From: Planctomycetota bacterium
GTDB lineage: Bacteria > Planctomycetota > UBA1135 > GCA-002686595
Assembly (NCBI GenBank): GCA_044229935.1
Contig: JBGASC010000018.1
Coordinates: forward strand, 25,496 to 89,495
DNA length: 64,000 nucleotides
Reading direction: 5' to 3'
Below the pieces are notes generated by a model. The model was not told where the DNA came from and did no database searches. It saw only the letters and a list, made by a program, of their open reading frames with translations. Numbering within the stretch: the first letter of the stretch is position 1; every line of letters begins with the position of its first letter. Both the position numbers and the translations under genes were made by a program. Shown piece after piece: positions 28,086 to 38,274 of this stretch.

Positions 28086-28649
28086 ATGCAAGAGCGCTCG
28101 CCGACCGACTCGATCGCCTACCTCAAGGGCGTGCCGCCGGACTCGGACCCCTCCGCGCCTCGTCCGCTCGCGCAGGGGGACATGCCCGTGCTTGTCCCGT
28201 TTGCGCCCGGTCTCCTGTGCGCCTACCTGTGGGACGAAGGCGATCGCTTCTCCTACGTCCAGAACCGACACCTGCTCGCGGCACGACTCGACCAGGGCCG
28301 GATGCATGCGAGCGCGATCGAGAACCTGAAGCGCCAGGTCGGTACGAACCTGCAGCTGCACGTGCAAGGTGCATCCTGGATGCTGACCTGCGACGGGAAC
28401 TTCGAGGCCAGTCTCCTGATGGTGGACGAGCTGTGGGAGAAGCTCCTCCGCGATCAGGCGGGAGAAGAACCGGTGGCCGCTGTTCCGGCCCGCGACATCT
28501 TGTGTTTCTGTCCTTCGACCCTTCGGGAGGGCATCGGACAGCTGCACGGGATCGTCGAGCGTGTTTGGGAGGGCGGGGATCACCTCGTTTCGCGGCAGCT
28601 CTACACTCGCCGCGCGGGGCGCTGGAGCCCGCTCGATCCGGAGCGCTGA
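28086..28649 (+). CDS. hypothetical cytoplasmic protein (DUF1444-like pattern)
   Basis: ATG 28086 (M43 of the track ORF). PARDILCFCP resembles the DUF1444/YtpQ-type motif, but recognition is weak. Confidence 0.45.
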   Translation: MQERSPTDSIAYLKGVPPDSDPSAPRPLAQGDMPVLVPFAPGLLCAYLWDEGDRFSYVQNRHLLAARLDQGRMHASAIENLKRQVGTNLQLHVQGASWMLTCDGNFEASLLMVDELWEKLLRDQAGEEPVAAVPARDILCFCPSTLREGIGQLHGIVERVWEGGDHLVSRQLYTRRAGRWSPLDPER

Positions 28650-28682
28650 TTCCTGCGTGCGCGCGAGGAGCCCCCGACAGGG

Positions 28683-30017
28683 TCAGCGCTTTGCGGCGGG
28701 CCTGCGCGTGGTCCTGGCCGGCGCAGGCTTCGCCGGCGCGCGCGTCGCGCCCGCCAGCGGGTAGCGGCTCTCCTTCGATAGGCGCGCGGCGTTGCGCTTG
28801 ACCTCCTTCATCAGCTTCGCGAGCAGCTCCTCGCGCCGCGCGAGCAGGCGGTAGCCCTCGCGCGGACGCAGGTAGCCGCGCGCCGCGGGGTGCTTCTCGA
28901 AGAGCGCCTCGCGCCCCATCTTCTCGGCCCAGCGCTCGAAGCGCGCGCGCTTCTCGAGCAGGGCGCGCGCGAGGAAGGGCATCACCATCGAGTAGTCGGC
29001 CTGCATGCTCTCGCAGGTCGAGCGGAAGTGCTGCTGGTCGACCTTGCCCCAGGTGACCGCCTCGGCCGGCGGACAGGAGGAGAGCGAGCCGTCGGTGACG
29101 GGCGCGCTGGTGATCTGGATGTCGTAGAGGTAGCCCGAGATGTCGTCGAGGCCGAAGATCTGCGAGAGCGCGGGCTCGGGCTGCAGGTTGAAGTTCTTGG
29201 GCACGCCGCCGCCGAGGATCAGCGTGCCGATCGCGCCGTGCTCGTTCTCGCGCAGGCCCCAGAAGTGGTAGGCGCAGCTCTCGAAGACCTCCTCGTGCAG
29301 GTCGAGCTCGAAGCGGTGCTCGCCGCCTGCCGCCTGCGCGAGCGCCCAGAGCTTCATCGAGTTGAGGAAGACCGAGCCGTCGCCCGGCGCGCCGACGAAG
29401 ATCGGCAGGTCCTTGCGCGCGCACAGCGCGAGCAGTCCCTCGGGGCAGCCGTTCTGCTTCTCCTGCGCGGCGAAGCGCCGGCCGAGCAGCTGGCGGAACT
29501 GCGGGCCCGTCATGCGGCGCTGGAACTCGCTCTCGCGCAGGCAGGCCGTGATGAACTGGTCCTGCTCGAGCAGCACGTCCTCGTCGAAGCCGATGTCGGT
29601 GACGCGGATCGTCTTCTCGTCGCGCAGCGCGCTGTCGTCGCCGAAGATCGGCACCTCGTGGAAGGGGTGCTGCTTGGCGCCGTCGAGCGCGCGGTGTCCG
29701 TCGTGGTAGCAGACCGCGTCGGTGGTCGAGAGCAGCATGAACCAGCCCGTGTCGAGCAGCGGGTTGAGCCAGGCGTAGTGCTGCCCCGAGACCGTCACCG
29801 GCCCCGCGATCGAGACCGTCATCGGCAGGCCCTTGCCGACGCACTCGTCGAGCAGCGTCCAGACGCGGCGCAGGTACGCGCCGCCGAACGAGGGCAGCGA
29901 GCGCTCGAAGAGCTGGTCGAGCCCCTCGGTCTCCATCACGTTGGTCGTGACGAGCTCGCGTTGCGCGTCGGCGGAGGCGGAGAAGCAGCGGGCCTGGTGG
30001 TCTTTGCGGGTCGCCAT
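28683..30017 (-). CDS. deoxyhypusine synthase family protein with basic C-terminal extension
   Basis: LILGGGVPKNF and SLSSCPPAEAVTWGKV mirror the DHS GGG..K.. and EAVSWGK motifs. An extra tail of about 90 aa ends in RAPAKPAPARTTRRPAAKR. Confidence 0.75.
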   Translation of the reverse strand: MATRKDHQARCFSASADAQRELVTTNVMETEGLDQLFERSLPSFGGAYLRRVWTLLDECVGKGLPMTVSIAGPVTVSGQHYAWLNPLLDTGWFMLLSTTDAVCYHDGHRALDGAKQHPFHEVPIFGDDSALRDEKTIRVTDIGFDEDVLLEQDQFITACLRESEFQRRMTGPQFRQLLGRRFAAQEKQNGCPEGLLALCARKDLPIFVGAPGDGSVFLNSMKLWALAQAAGGEHRFELDLHEEVFESCAYHFWGLRENEHGAIGTLILGGGVPKNFNLQPEPALSQIFGLDDISGYLYDIQITSAPVTDGSLSSCPPAEAVTWGKVDQQHFRSTCESMQADYSMVMPFLARALLEKRARFERWAEKMGREALFEKHPAARGYLRPREGYRLLARREELLAKLMKEVKRNAARLSKESRYPLAGATRAPAKPAPARTTRRPAAKR

Positions 30018-30065
30018 GGGGCCGCAGAGTGTACGGGCTCGCGCGCGGCGCGGAAGCCCGCGCGT

Positions 30066-30794
30066 TCACCAGCGCCAGGAGATGCCGAAGCCCGCCAGCC
30101 AGTCGCCCGAGCTCTCGCCCAGCCCGGCATCGACGTAGAGGTCGAGCTGCACGTCGTTCGAGGCGAGCTGGGTCAGGCCGCAGCCGGCGAAGAGCGGATC
30201 CTCGTGCGTGCGCAGCGCGGGGAACCAGCCCAGCTCGGTGTACACGTTGCCGTTCTCCCAGGCGGGCAGGCTGGCGCTGCCGGCGAAGCTCGCCACGAGC
30301 GAGTCGATCTGCGGATCCCAGGCGAGACCGAGCGAGGTCTCCAGCTGCCAGGGACCGTCCGGCGAGAAGCTGAGCACGCCGGAGATCGACGCGGCGAGGC
30401 CGTGGTTGCCGAGCTCGCCCGCGCCGGTCGGCAGGCGCACCTCGGCGGTCCAGGAGGCGGCGTCGGCCGAGCTGAGGTCGAGATCGGCCCAGTGCCGGTC
30501 GATCGGACGCTTGATGCCCAGCGTGAGGTCGCCCCAGCCCGAGGCGTCCGGCGCTCCGTGCGCGTCGATGTGCGTCCAGCCCGCGGTGGAGGCGCGCAGC
30601 TCCAGATCCTCCTGGAGTCCGTAGCGCAGCGCGATCGGCGTGGCCGCGGCGTCGCTCGCGCCGCGTTCGTGCTCGAGCGCGGCGCCGGTCTCCACCTGCC
30701 AGCGGCCGATCGGGACGAGCGTGGGGCTGTTCAGGAAGCCGGGGCGGTCGGCGCTGATGGGGGCGTCGCCCGCGAGGAGCAGCAGCGTCAGCAT
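30066..30794 (-). CDS. outer-membrane beta-barrel, transporter family (MetA-pathway/phenol-degradation-like)
   Basis: 242 aa with alternating beta-strand pattern and a C-terminal aromatic end GFGISWRW. It lies 14 nt downstream of kdpC. Confidence 0.6.
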   Translation of the reverse strand: MLTLLLLAGDAPISADRPGFLNSPTLVPIGRWQVETGAALEHERGASDAAATPIALRYGLQEDLELRASTAGWTHIDAHGAPDASGWGDLTLGIKRPIDRHWADLDLSSADAASWTAEVRLPTGAGELGNHGLAASISGVLSFSPDGPWQLETSLGLAWDPQIDSLVASFAGSASLPAWENGNVYTELGWFPALRTHEDPLFAGCGLTQLASNDVQLDLYVDAGLGESSGDWLAGFGISWRW

Positions 30795-30808
30795 GGGGTG
30801 GCGAGAGG

Positions 30809-31393
30809 CTAGCGCGGCGCGCGCGCGCTGTCACCCGCGTCGAGCGCGAGGTTGAGCTCGAGCACGTTGACGCGCGGCTCGCCCAGGAAGCCGAGGGTGC
30901 GGCCCTCGACGTGCGCCTCGACCAGCGCGCGCAGCTCCTCGACGCGCATCCCGCGTGCCGCCGCGACGCGCGCGACCTGGAAGCGCGCGGCCGCGGGGCT
31001 GATGTGCGGGTCGAGTCCGCTGCCGGAGCTCGTGACGAGGTCGACCGGGATCGGCGCGTCGCCGCCCGGGGCGGCGCGCAGCTTCGCGATGCGCTCGGCC
31101 AGCGCCTGCGCCAGCGCGGGGTTGGTCGGTCCGAGGTTGGAGCCGCTCGAGGCCGAGGCGTTGTAGGCCGGACTGGTCGCCGAAGGCCGGCTCCAGAAGT
31201 ACTGCGGCGTGTCGAAGGCCTGGCCGATCAGCCGCGAGCCGCGCGTGCGGCCGCCCTCGACGATCAGGCTGCCGTTCGACTGCGCGGGGAAGCACAGCTG
31301 CGCCAGCGCCGTCACCAGGAGCGGGTAGACGATGCCGGTCACCAGGCTCAGCACGAGCAGCATGCGCGCGGCGACGGAGAGTTGCTTGAACAT
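30809..31393 (-). CDS. kdpC: K+-transporting ATPase subunit C
   Basis: ATG 31393 lies within the over-extended ORF 30809-33256. The product is 194 aa, with [18 protein letters not shown] typical of KdpC. Confidence 0.9.
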   Translation of the reverse strand: MFKQLSVAARMLLVLSLVTGIVYPLLVTALAQLCFPAQSNGSLIVEGGRTRGSRLIGQAFDTPQYFWSRPSATSPAYNASASSGSNLGPTNPALAQALAERIAKLRAAPGGDAPIPVDLVTSSGSGLDPHISPAAARFQVARVAAARGMRVEELRALVEAHVEGRTLGFLGEPRVNVLELNLALDAGDSARAPR

Positions 31394-31404
31394 CGTGTGC
31401 TCCT

Positions 31405-33465
31405 TCACGAGAGGCCCAGTCCGGAGAGCGCGAGGTCGATCAGCTTGATCCCGGCGAAGGGCACGAGCAGGCCGCCCAGGCCGTAGACCCACAGGTTGCG
31501 GCGCAGGAGCGCCGCGGCGCCGACAGGCCGGTAGGCGACGCCGCGCAGCGCCAGCGGGACGAGGAAGACGATGATCAGCGCGTTGAAGATCACCGCCGAG
31601 AGGATCGCGGAGCTCGGCGTGGCGAGGTGCATCACGTCGAGCGACTTGAGCTCGGGGTAGGTCAGCGCGAACGCGGCCGGGATGATCGCGAAGTACTTGG
31701 CGACGTCGTTGGCGATGCTGAAGGTCGTCAGCGAGCCGCGCGTCATCAGCATCTGCTTGCCGATCTCGACGATCTCGATCAGCTTGGTCGGGTTCGAGTC
31801 GAGGTCGATCAGGTTGCCGGCCTCCTTGGCCGCCTGCGTGCCGCTGTTCATCGCCACGGCCACGTCGGCCTGCGCCAGCGCGGGCGCGTCGTTGGTGCCG
31901 TCGCCGGCCATCGCGACCAGGTGGCCGCGCGACTGGTGCTCGCGGATCAGCGCGAGCTTCGTCTCGGGCGTCGCCTGCGCCAGGAAGTCGTCGACGCCGG
32001 CCTCGGCCGCGATCGCCGCGGCGGTCAGCGGGTTGTCGCCGGTGATCATGATCGTGCGGATGCCCATGCGGCGCAGCTCGCCGAAGCGCTCGCGGATGCC
32101 GCCCTTGACCACGTCCTTGAGGTGGATCACGCCCAGCACGCGCGCGCTCTCGGCGACGAGCAGCGGCGTGCCGCCGCCGCGCGCGATCTTCTCGACCTGC
32201 GCGCGCAGCTCGGGCGCGTAGCTCCCGCCGCGGGCCGCCACCCACGCGCCGAGCGCGTCCTCCGCGCCCTTGCGGATCCGGCGTCCCTCGATGTCGACGC
32301 CGCTCATGCGCGTCTGCGCCGTGAAGGGAACGAAGGTCGCGCCGAGCTCGCTGATGCGGCGCTCGCGCAGGTTGTAGCGCGTCTTGGCCAGCACCACGAT
32401 GCTGCGCCCCTCGGGCGTCTCGTCCGCGAGCGAGGCGAGCTGCGCCGCGTCGGCCAGCTCGGCCTCGCTGACGCCCGGCGCGGGCACGAACTCGACCGCC
32501 TGGCGGTTGCCCAGCGTGATCGTGCCGGTCTTGTCGAGCAGCAGCACGTCGACGTCGCCCGCCGCCTCGACGGCGCGGCCGGAGTTGGCGATCACGTTGG
32601 CCTGGATCATGCGGTCCATGCCGGCGATGCCGATCGCCGAGAGCAGGCCGCCGATCGTGGTCGGGATCAGGCACACCAGCAGCGCGACGAGCACCGTGAC
32701 GCTGACGACCTGGCCCTGGCCGCTGGCGGAGACCGCGTAGGCCGAGAAGGGCAGCAGCGTGGCCGTCGCGAGCAGGAACACGATCGTCAGCGCGGCAAGC
32801 AGGATGCCCAGCGCGATCTCGTTGGGCGTCTTCTGGCGCTTGGAGCCCTCGACCAGCGCGATCATGCGGTCGAGGAAGGCCTCGCCCGGGTTGGCGCCGA
32901 CGCGCACGACCAGCCAGTCCGAGAGCACGCGCGTCCCGCCCGTGACCGAGCTGCGGTCGCCGCCCGACTCGCGGATCACCGGCGCGCTCTCGCCCGTGAT
33001 CGCGCTCTCGTCGACCGAGGCGACGCCCTCGAGCACCTCGCCGTCGCAGGGCACGACGTCGCCAGCCTCGACCAGCACGAGTTCGCCCTTGCGCAGGTTC
33101 GGCGCGGGCACGCTCTCGTGGCGCGTGCGGTCGCGCGCGTCGGTCATGCGCTTGGCCAGCACGTCGCGGCGCGTCTTGCGCAGCGACTCGGCCTGCGCCT
33201 TGCCGCGCCCCTCGGCCAGCGCCTCGGCGAAGTTCGCGAAGAGCAGCGTGACCCACAGCCAGAACGAGACGGCCAGGATGAACGTCCAGGGCGCCTCGCC
33301 CTGGCCGAGCAGCGCCTGCAGCGCGAGACCGCTGGTGAAGACCGCGCAGACCCAGACGACGAACATGACCGGGTTGCGGATCGAAAGGCGCGGGTCGAGC
33401 TTGCGGAAGCTGTCGCGCACGGCGCGACGCGTCAGGGCAGGGTCGAAGAGCTTCGTCTGGTTCAT
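31405..33465 (-). CDS. kdpB: K+-transporting P-type ATPase subunit B
   Basis: 686 aa with motifs [24 protein letters not shown] and [17 protein letters not shown]. Confidence 0.95.
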   Translation of the reverse strand: MNQTKLFDPALTRRAVRDSFRKLDPRLSIRNPVMFVVWVCAVFTSGLALQALLGQGEAPWTFILAVSFWLWVTLLFANFAEALAEGRGKAQAESLRKTRRDVLAKRMTDARDRTRHESVPAPNLRKGELVLVEAGDVVPCDGEVLEGVASVDESAITGESAPVIRESGGDRSSVTGGTRVLSDWLVVRVGANPGEAFLDRMIALVEGSKRQKTPNEIALGILLAALTIVFLLATATLLPFSAYAVSASGQGQVVSVTVLVALLVCLIPTTIGGLLSAIGIAGMDRMIQANVIANSGRAVEAAGDVDVLLLDKTGTITLGNRQAVEFVPAPGVSEAELADAAQLASLADETPEGRSIVVLAKTRYNLRERRISELGATFVPFTAQTRMSGVDIEGRRIRKGAEDALGAWVAARGGSYAPELRAQVEKIARGGGTPLLVAESARVLGVIHLKDVVKGGIRERFGELRRMGIRTIMITGDNPLTAAAIAAEAGVDDFLAQATPETKLALIREHQSRGHLVAMAGDGTNDAPALAQADVAVAMNSGTQAAKEAGNLIDLDSNPTKLIEIVEIGKQMLMTRGSLTTFSIANDVAKYFAIIPAAFALTYPELKSLDVMHLATPSSAILSAVIFNALIIVFLVPLALRGVAYRPVGAAALLRRNLWVYGLGGLLVPFAGIKLIDLALSGLGLS

Positions 33466-33472
33466 GGCGACC

Positions 33473-35188
33473 TCAGCGCAGCATCTGCAGCTGCTCGATG
33501 ATCGGACCCAGCGCCAGGGCGGGGATGAACGTCAGCGCGCCGACCAGCAGCACGGTCGAGACGAGCAGCAGGACGAACAGCGGGCCGTGCGTGGGCAGCG
33601 TGCCCGGTCCGGCGGGGACGAGCTTCTTCGCCGCCAGCGAGCCGGCGATCGCCAGCACGGGCAGCTTGACGAGGTAGCGTCCGATCAGCATCGCCGCACC
33701 CAGCGCGAAGTTGTAGAAGGGCGTGTTGGCCGAGAGGCCGGCGAAGGCGCTGCCGTTGTTGTTGCTGGCCGAGCTGAACGCGTAGAGGATCTCGCTGAAG
33801 CCGTGCGCGCCCGGGTTGGCGACGCCCGCGCGTCCACCGTCGACCAGCACGGCCAGCGCGCTGCCGAGCAGCACCGCCAGGCACGGCGCGAGGATCGCGA
33901 ACGAGGCCCACTGCATCTCGAAGGCGCCGATCTTCTTGCCGAGGTACTCGGGCGTGCGCCCGACCATCAGCCCGGCGACGAAGACGGCGACGATCGCGAA
34001 GAGCAGCAGGCCGTAGAGGCCCGAGCCCACGCCGCCGAAGACGACCTCGCCCAGCTGCATCAGCCACATCGGCCACAGGCCGCCCAGCGGCGTGAACGAG
34101 TCGTGCATCGCGTTGACCGATCCGTTCGAGGCGGCCGTCGTCGCGGCGGCCCAGATCGCGGAGTTGGCGATGCCCAGGCGCAGCTCCTTGCCCTCCATGT
34201 TGCCGCCCGGCTGCGACTCGTCGGCGTCGAGCACGAGCCCGGCCTGCTGCTGCGCGCGCGTGCCGGCCTGCTCGGAGACGTGCACCAGCACGATGCAGGG
34301 CACGAGCACGAGCAGCATCGTCGCCAGCAGCGCCAAGCCCTGGCGCCGGTCGCGCACGAGCTGTCCGAACGTGAAGCACAGCCCGCCGGAGAGCACCAGG
34401 ATCGAGAGCATCTCGAGCAGGTTCGAGACCGCCGTCGGGTTCTCGAGCGGGTGCGCCGAGTTGGCGTTGAAGAAGCCGCCGCCGTTGGTGCCCAGCTGCT
34501 TGATCGCGACCTGCGAGGCGGCCGGGCCGAGCGAGATCGGCTGCTCCGCGCCCGCGAGCGTGTGCGCGACGACCGGCGCGGAGACGTTCTGCACCACGCC
34601 CTGCGAGACGAGCAGCAGCGCCAGCACCAGGCTGAGCGGCAGCAGGATGTAGACGGTCGAGCGCACGAGGTCGACCCAGAAGCTGCCGATCGTGCGGCTC
34701 GACGCGCGCGCGAAGCCGCGCACCAGCGCGACCAGCACCGCCATGCCCGACGCGGCCGAGACGAAGTTCTGCACGCACAGGCCGAGCATCTGCGTCAGGT
34801 GGCTCATCGTCGTCTCGCCCGAGTAGCCCTGCCAGTTCGTGTTGGTGGCGAAGCTGACCGCGGTGTTGAACGAGGAGTCGGGCGAGACCGCGCCCATGCC
34901 GGCCGGGTTCAGCGGCAGCACGCCCTGCAGCCGCTGCAGCGCGTAGACTGCCAGCAGTCCGAGCAGGTTGAACGCGAGCATCGCGCCCGCGTAGGACTTC
35001 CAGCCCTGCTCCTGGTCGGCGCGCAGGCCGCAGACGCGGTAGATCGCGCGCTCCAGCGGCGCGAGCCAGCGCACGAGCAGCGGGATGTCGCCGCTGTAGA
35101 CGCGCGCCATGAACCCGCCCAGCGGCCAGGCCAGCAGCACGAGCGCGAGGAGGTAGACGAGGATCTGTACCCAGCTCATGGCGCTCAC
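33473..35188 (-). CDS. kdpA: K+-transporting ATPase subunit A
   Basis: Colinear with KdpA, including [41 protein letters not shown] and TPEYLGKK. The start is either GTG 35188 or ATG 35179. Confidence 0.95.
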   Translation of the reverse strand: MSAMSWVQILVYLLALVLLAWPLGGFMARVYSGDIPLLVRWLAPLERAIYRVCGLRADQEQGWKSYAGAMLAFNLLGLLAVYALQRLQGVLPLNPAGMGAVSPDSSFNTAVSFATNTNWQGYSGETTMSHLTQMLGLCVQNFVSAASGMAVLVALVRGFARASSRTIGSFWVDLVRSTVYILLPLSLVLALLLVSQGVVQNVSAPVVAHTLAGAEQPISLGPAASQVAIKQLGTNGGGFFNANSAHPLENPTAVSNLLEMLSILVLSGGLCFTFGQLVRDRRQGLALLATMLLVLVPCIVLVHVSEQAGTRAQQQAGLVLDADESQPGGNMEGKELRLGIANSAIWAAATTAASNGSVNAMHDSFTPLGGLWPMWLMQLGEVVFGGVGSGLYGLLLFAIVAVFVAGLMVGRTPEYLGKKIGAFEMQWASFAILAPCLAVLLGSALAVLVDGGRAGVANPGAHGFSEILYAFSSASNNNGSAFAGLSANTPFYNFALGAAMLIGRYLVKLPVLAIAGSLAAKKLVPAGPGTLPTHGPLFVLLLVSTVLLVGALTFIPALALGPIIEQLQMLR

Positions 35189-35192
35189 CCGC

Positions 35193-35285
35193 TCAGTCGA
35201 AGCCCTCGGGCCGGAAGAGCGCGAGGAAGAGGTAGACGAAGAGCGCCACGGTCACGACGGCGGCGATCCAGTGGACGGTGCTCAT
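35193..35285 (-). CDS. kdpF: K+-transporting ATPase subunit F (30 aa, below the ORF-track cutoff)
   Basis: Hand translation gives [30 protein letters not shown]. This has the KdpF shape: a single TM helix followed by L..RPE.F. The stop lies 4 nt before the kdpA GTG. Confidence 0.8.
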   Translation of the reverse strand: MSTVHWIAAVVTVALFVYLFLALFRPEGFD

Positions 35286-35289
35286 GGGG

Positions 35290-35397
35290 TCAGCGCTTTC
35301 CCTGGGAGTCCGGATCGCCGATGCGTGCGACGATCCGGTCCAGCAGCACGAAGAACGCGAGCACGCTCGCGAGGCAGACGAGGTCGAGGAGGCTCAT
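35290..35397 (-). CDS. candidate 35-aa hydrophobic micro-protein upstream of kdpF
   Basis: Hand translation gives MSLLDLVCLASVLAFFVLLDRIVARIGDPDSQGKR. 32 of 35 codons end in G/C. The stop lies 4 nt before the kdpF ATG. Confidence 0.4.
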   Translation of the reverse strand: MSLLDLVCLASVLAFFVLLDRIVARIGDPDSQGKR

Positions 35398-35553
35398 GGC
35401 GCGAGGCCTTGCGGGTGCGTCGTGCACCGGATCGAAGCGTAGTCGCGCTGCGCGCTAAAAAGGCACTAAGACGCGCACTGCGCGTCGGAACGGCGCGCGA
35501 AATCCGCGCGTCTGGAGTCGCTGCGCGGTGCCTGCTACGCTGCGTGCGTCCGC
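35398..35553. promoter_or_regulatory. divergent kdp control region (kdpFABC versus kdpDE)
   Basis: This is a 156-nt intergenic spacer. Its only AT-rich patch is ctaaaaaggcactaag at 35455-35470. No box was verified. Confidence 0.3.
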
Positions 35554-38274
35554 ATGAGCGACACGCGCCCGAGCCCCGAGGACCTGCTGGCGCGCATCGC
35601 GCGCGAGAAGGAGGCGGCGCAGCGCGGACGGCTCAAGCTCTTCTTCGGCATGGCGCCGGGCGTGGGCAAGACCTACGCGATGCTCGAGGAGGCGCGCGCG
35701 CGCGCGGCGCGCGGCACCGACGTGCTCGTCGGCGTGGTGCTGACGCACGGCCGCGCGGAGACCGAGCGCCTCGTGCACGGGCTCGCGCGTCTCGCGCCGC
35801 GGCGCGTCGAGCACCGCGGCATCGTGCTCGACGAGTTCGACCTCGACGCGGCGCTGGCGCGCAGGCCGGGCCTGCTCCTGCTCGACGAGCTGGCGCACTC
35901 GAACGCGCCCGGCTCGCGCCACGCACGGCGCTGGCAGGACGTCGAGGAGCTGCTCGACGCCGGCATCGACGTCTACACCACGCTCAACGTGCAGCACGTC
36001 GAGAGCCTGAACGACGTGGTCGAGCGCGTCACCGGCGTGCGCGTGCAGGAGACCGTGCCCGACTCGATCCTCGAGCGCGCCGACGCGATCGAGCTGGTCG
36101 ACCTGCCGCCCGACGAGCTGCTCGCGCGCCTCTCCGAGGGCAAGGTCTACGTCCCCGCGCAGGCCGAGCGCGCGCTGCAGAGCTTCTTCCGCAAGGAGAA
36201 CCTGATCGCGCTGCGCGAGCTGGCGCTGCGCAAGACGGCCGAGCGCGTCGACCAGCAGGCGCGCGAGTACCGCCGCGCGCAGGGGCGCACCCAGGCGGGC
36301 GCCGCGCGCGAACGGCTGCTGATCGTGCTGCAGCCCGGCGCGCGCGCTCTCGACGTGCTGCGCGCCGGCCGGCGCCTGGCGGTCGAGCTGCGCGCGCCCT
36401 GGATCGCGCTCGTGCCCGAGTCCGAGCGCCTGGAGCGCCTCTCCGACGAGCGGCGCGAGGAGGTGGCCGAGCTGCTCGAGCTCGCGCGCCAGCTGGGCGG
36501 CGAGAGCCTGGTCGTCGGCAGCGAGCGCGCGGCCGAGCAGATCCTGCACGTCGCGCGCGATCGCGGCGTGACGCGCATCGTGGTCGGCAGCTCGCGTCCG
36601 CGCGGCCTGCTCGCGGCGCTCTTCCCGCCGCTCTCCGAGGAGCTCGTGCGCCGCGCCACGGACCTCGAGGTGCTCGTCACGCCCGGCATCCAGGACGACG
36701 ACGCGGGCGAGGGGCGCCGCGAGCCGCGGGCCGCGCTGGCGACGCCCACGCGCGAGTACCCGCTGGCGCTCGTGCCCGTGCTCGCGGCGGTGCTCGTCTG
36801 CACGGCGACGCGCGAGTCGCTGACGATCGCCGACCACGCGCTGATCCACCTCCTGGCGCTGCTGATCTCGGCCAGCGTCGCCGGGCGCGGGCCGGCCTTC
36901 GTCGCCACGCTGGCGAGCGTCGCGAGCTTCGACTTCTTCTCGATCCCGCCCTACTACACCTTCGCCGTCAGCGACCTGCACCACGTGCTGACCTTCGTCG
37001 TGATGCTCGTCGTCGGCTTCATCGCCAGCCAGCGCACGGTGGTGATCCGCGAGCAGGCGGCGGCCTCGCAGGAGCGCGAGCGGCGCACGGCGGCGCTCTA
37101 CGCGATGACGCGGGCCTTCGCGGTGGAAGACGATCCGCTGGCGATCGCGCGCTCGAGCGTCGAGCGCGTGCACGACCTGCTCGGGGCCGAGGCCTGCCTG
37201 TTCGTGCCCGATGCGGGCGGCGCGCTCCGCATCGCAGCGCAGACCGAGGGCTGGCGGGCCGAGGAGGAGCGCGAGCTCGCCGTCGCGCGCTGGGTCTTCG
37301 AGAACGACAAGCGCGCCGGCTTCGGCACCGACACGCTGCCTTCGGCGCGCGCTCTCTACCTTCCGATGAGCGTGCCGCGCGGCACGATCGCCGTGATGGG
37401 TGTCGGCCTGGGCGCGCTCGAACGCGAGCTGCGGCCCTCCGACCACCAGATGCTCGACACCTTCGTCGCGCAGGCGGCCCTGGCCCTGGAGCGCGTGCGC
37501 CTGCGCGCCGAGGCCGACGAGGCGCGCCACGCGGTCGAGGCCGAGCGCCTGCGCACCGACCTGCTCTCGAGCGTCAGCCACGACCTGCGCACGCCGCTCT
37601 CCTCGATCGCGGGCTCGGCCGGCGTGCTGCTCGCCGGCGACGCAGGCGGCGCGGGGCTGCGGCCCAGCGAGCGGCGCGAGCTGCTCGAGACGATCCAGTC
37701 GGAGAGCCAGCGCCTCTCCGAGCTGGTCTCGAACCTGCTCGACCTGACGCGGCTGGACTCGGGCGCGCTGCAGCCGCGGCGCGAGTGGTGCCCGGTCGAG
37801 GAGCTGGTGCACGGCGCGCTCGACCGCCTCGCGCCGCGCATCGCCGACCGTCCGCTGGAGCTCGGCCTGCCGCGCGAGATCCTGCAGGTGGACGTCGATC
37901 CGGTGCTGCTCGAGCAGGCGCTGGTGCACCTCGTCGAGAACGCGCTCAAGTACAGCCCGGCCGGCTCGCCGATCGAGATCCGCGCCAGCGGCAGTCCGGG
38001 CGAGGTGCTGCTCGAGGTCTCCGACCGCGGCCCGGGCATCCCGGCCGGCGAGGAGCAGCGCATCTTCGAGAAGTTCGTGCGCCTGCCCGACGGCCAGCGC
38101 GCCTCCGGTTCGGGCCTGGGCCTCTCGGTCTGCCGCGCGATCCTGCGCGCGCACGGCGGCAGCGTCGCGGCCGAGAACCGCCTCGGCGGGGGAGCGACGT
38201 TCCGCCTGCGCCTGCCGGTGACGCGCACGCCGCCGCCGCCGCCGCCGCGCATGCAGGGAGAGGGCGCGCCATGA
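35554..38274 (+). CDS. kdpD: osmosensitive K+ channel sensor histidine kinase KdpD
   Basis: 906 aa. It has an N-terminal KdpD domain with FFGMAPGVGKTYAML, a four-TM block, H-box SSVSHDLRTPLSSI, and a G-box GSGLGLSVCRAIL. Confidence 0.95.
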   Translation: MSDTRPSPEDLLARIAREKEAAQRGRLKLFFGMAPGVGKTYAMLEEARARAARGTDVLVGVVLTHGRAETERLVHGLARLAPRRVEHRGIVLDEFDLDAALARRPGLLLLDELAHSNAPGSRHARRWQDVEELLDAGIDVYTTLNVQHVESLNDVVERVTGVRVQETVPDSILERADAIELVDLPPDELLARLSEGKVYVPAQAERALQSFFRKENLIALRELALRKTAERVDQQAREYRRAQGRTQAGAARERLLIVLQPGARALDVLRAGRRLAVELRAPWIALVPESERLERLSDERREEVAELLELARQLGGESLVVGSERAAEQILHVARDRGVTRIVVGSSRPRGLLAALFPPLSEELVRRATDLEVLVTPGIQDDDAGEGRREPRAALATPTREYPLALVPVLAAVLVCTATRESLTIADHALIHLLALLISASVAGRGPAFVATLASVASFDFFSIPPYYTFAVSDLHHVLTFVVMLVVGFIASQRTVVIREQAAASQERERRTAALYAMTRAFAVEDDPLAIARSSVERVHDLLGAEACLFVPDAGGALRIAAQTEGWRAEEERELAVARWVFENDKRAGFGTDTLPSARALYLPMSVPRGTIAVMGVGLGALERELRPSDHQMLDTFVAQAALALERVRLRAEADEARHAVEAERLRTDLLSSVSHDLRTPLSSIAGSAGVLLAGDAGGAGLRPSERRELLETIQSESQRLSELVSNLLDLTRLDSGALQPRREWCPVEELVHGALDRLAPRIADRPLELGLPREILQVDVDPVLLEQALVHLVENALKYSPAGSPIEIRASGSPGEVLLEVSDRGPGIPAGEEQRIFEKFVRLPDGQRASGSGLGLSVCRAILRAHGGSVAAENRLGGGATFRLRLPVTRTPPPPPPRMQGEGAP

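Noticed and set aside
38227-38250. The (CCG)n run near the kdpD 3' end as a slippage-prone simple repeat.
   Set aside because: It encodes the short poly-Pro stretch (PPPPPP) in the KdpD tail and keeps the frame. Pro-rich tails also occur in KdpE, and there is no evidence of variability from a single sequence.
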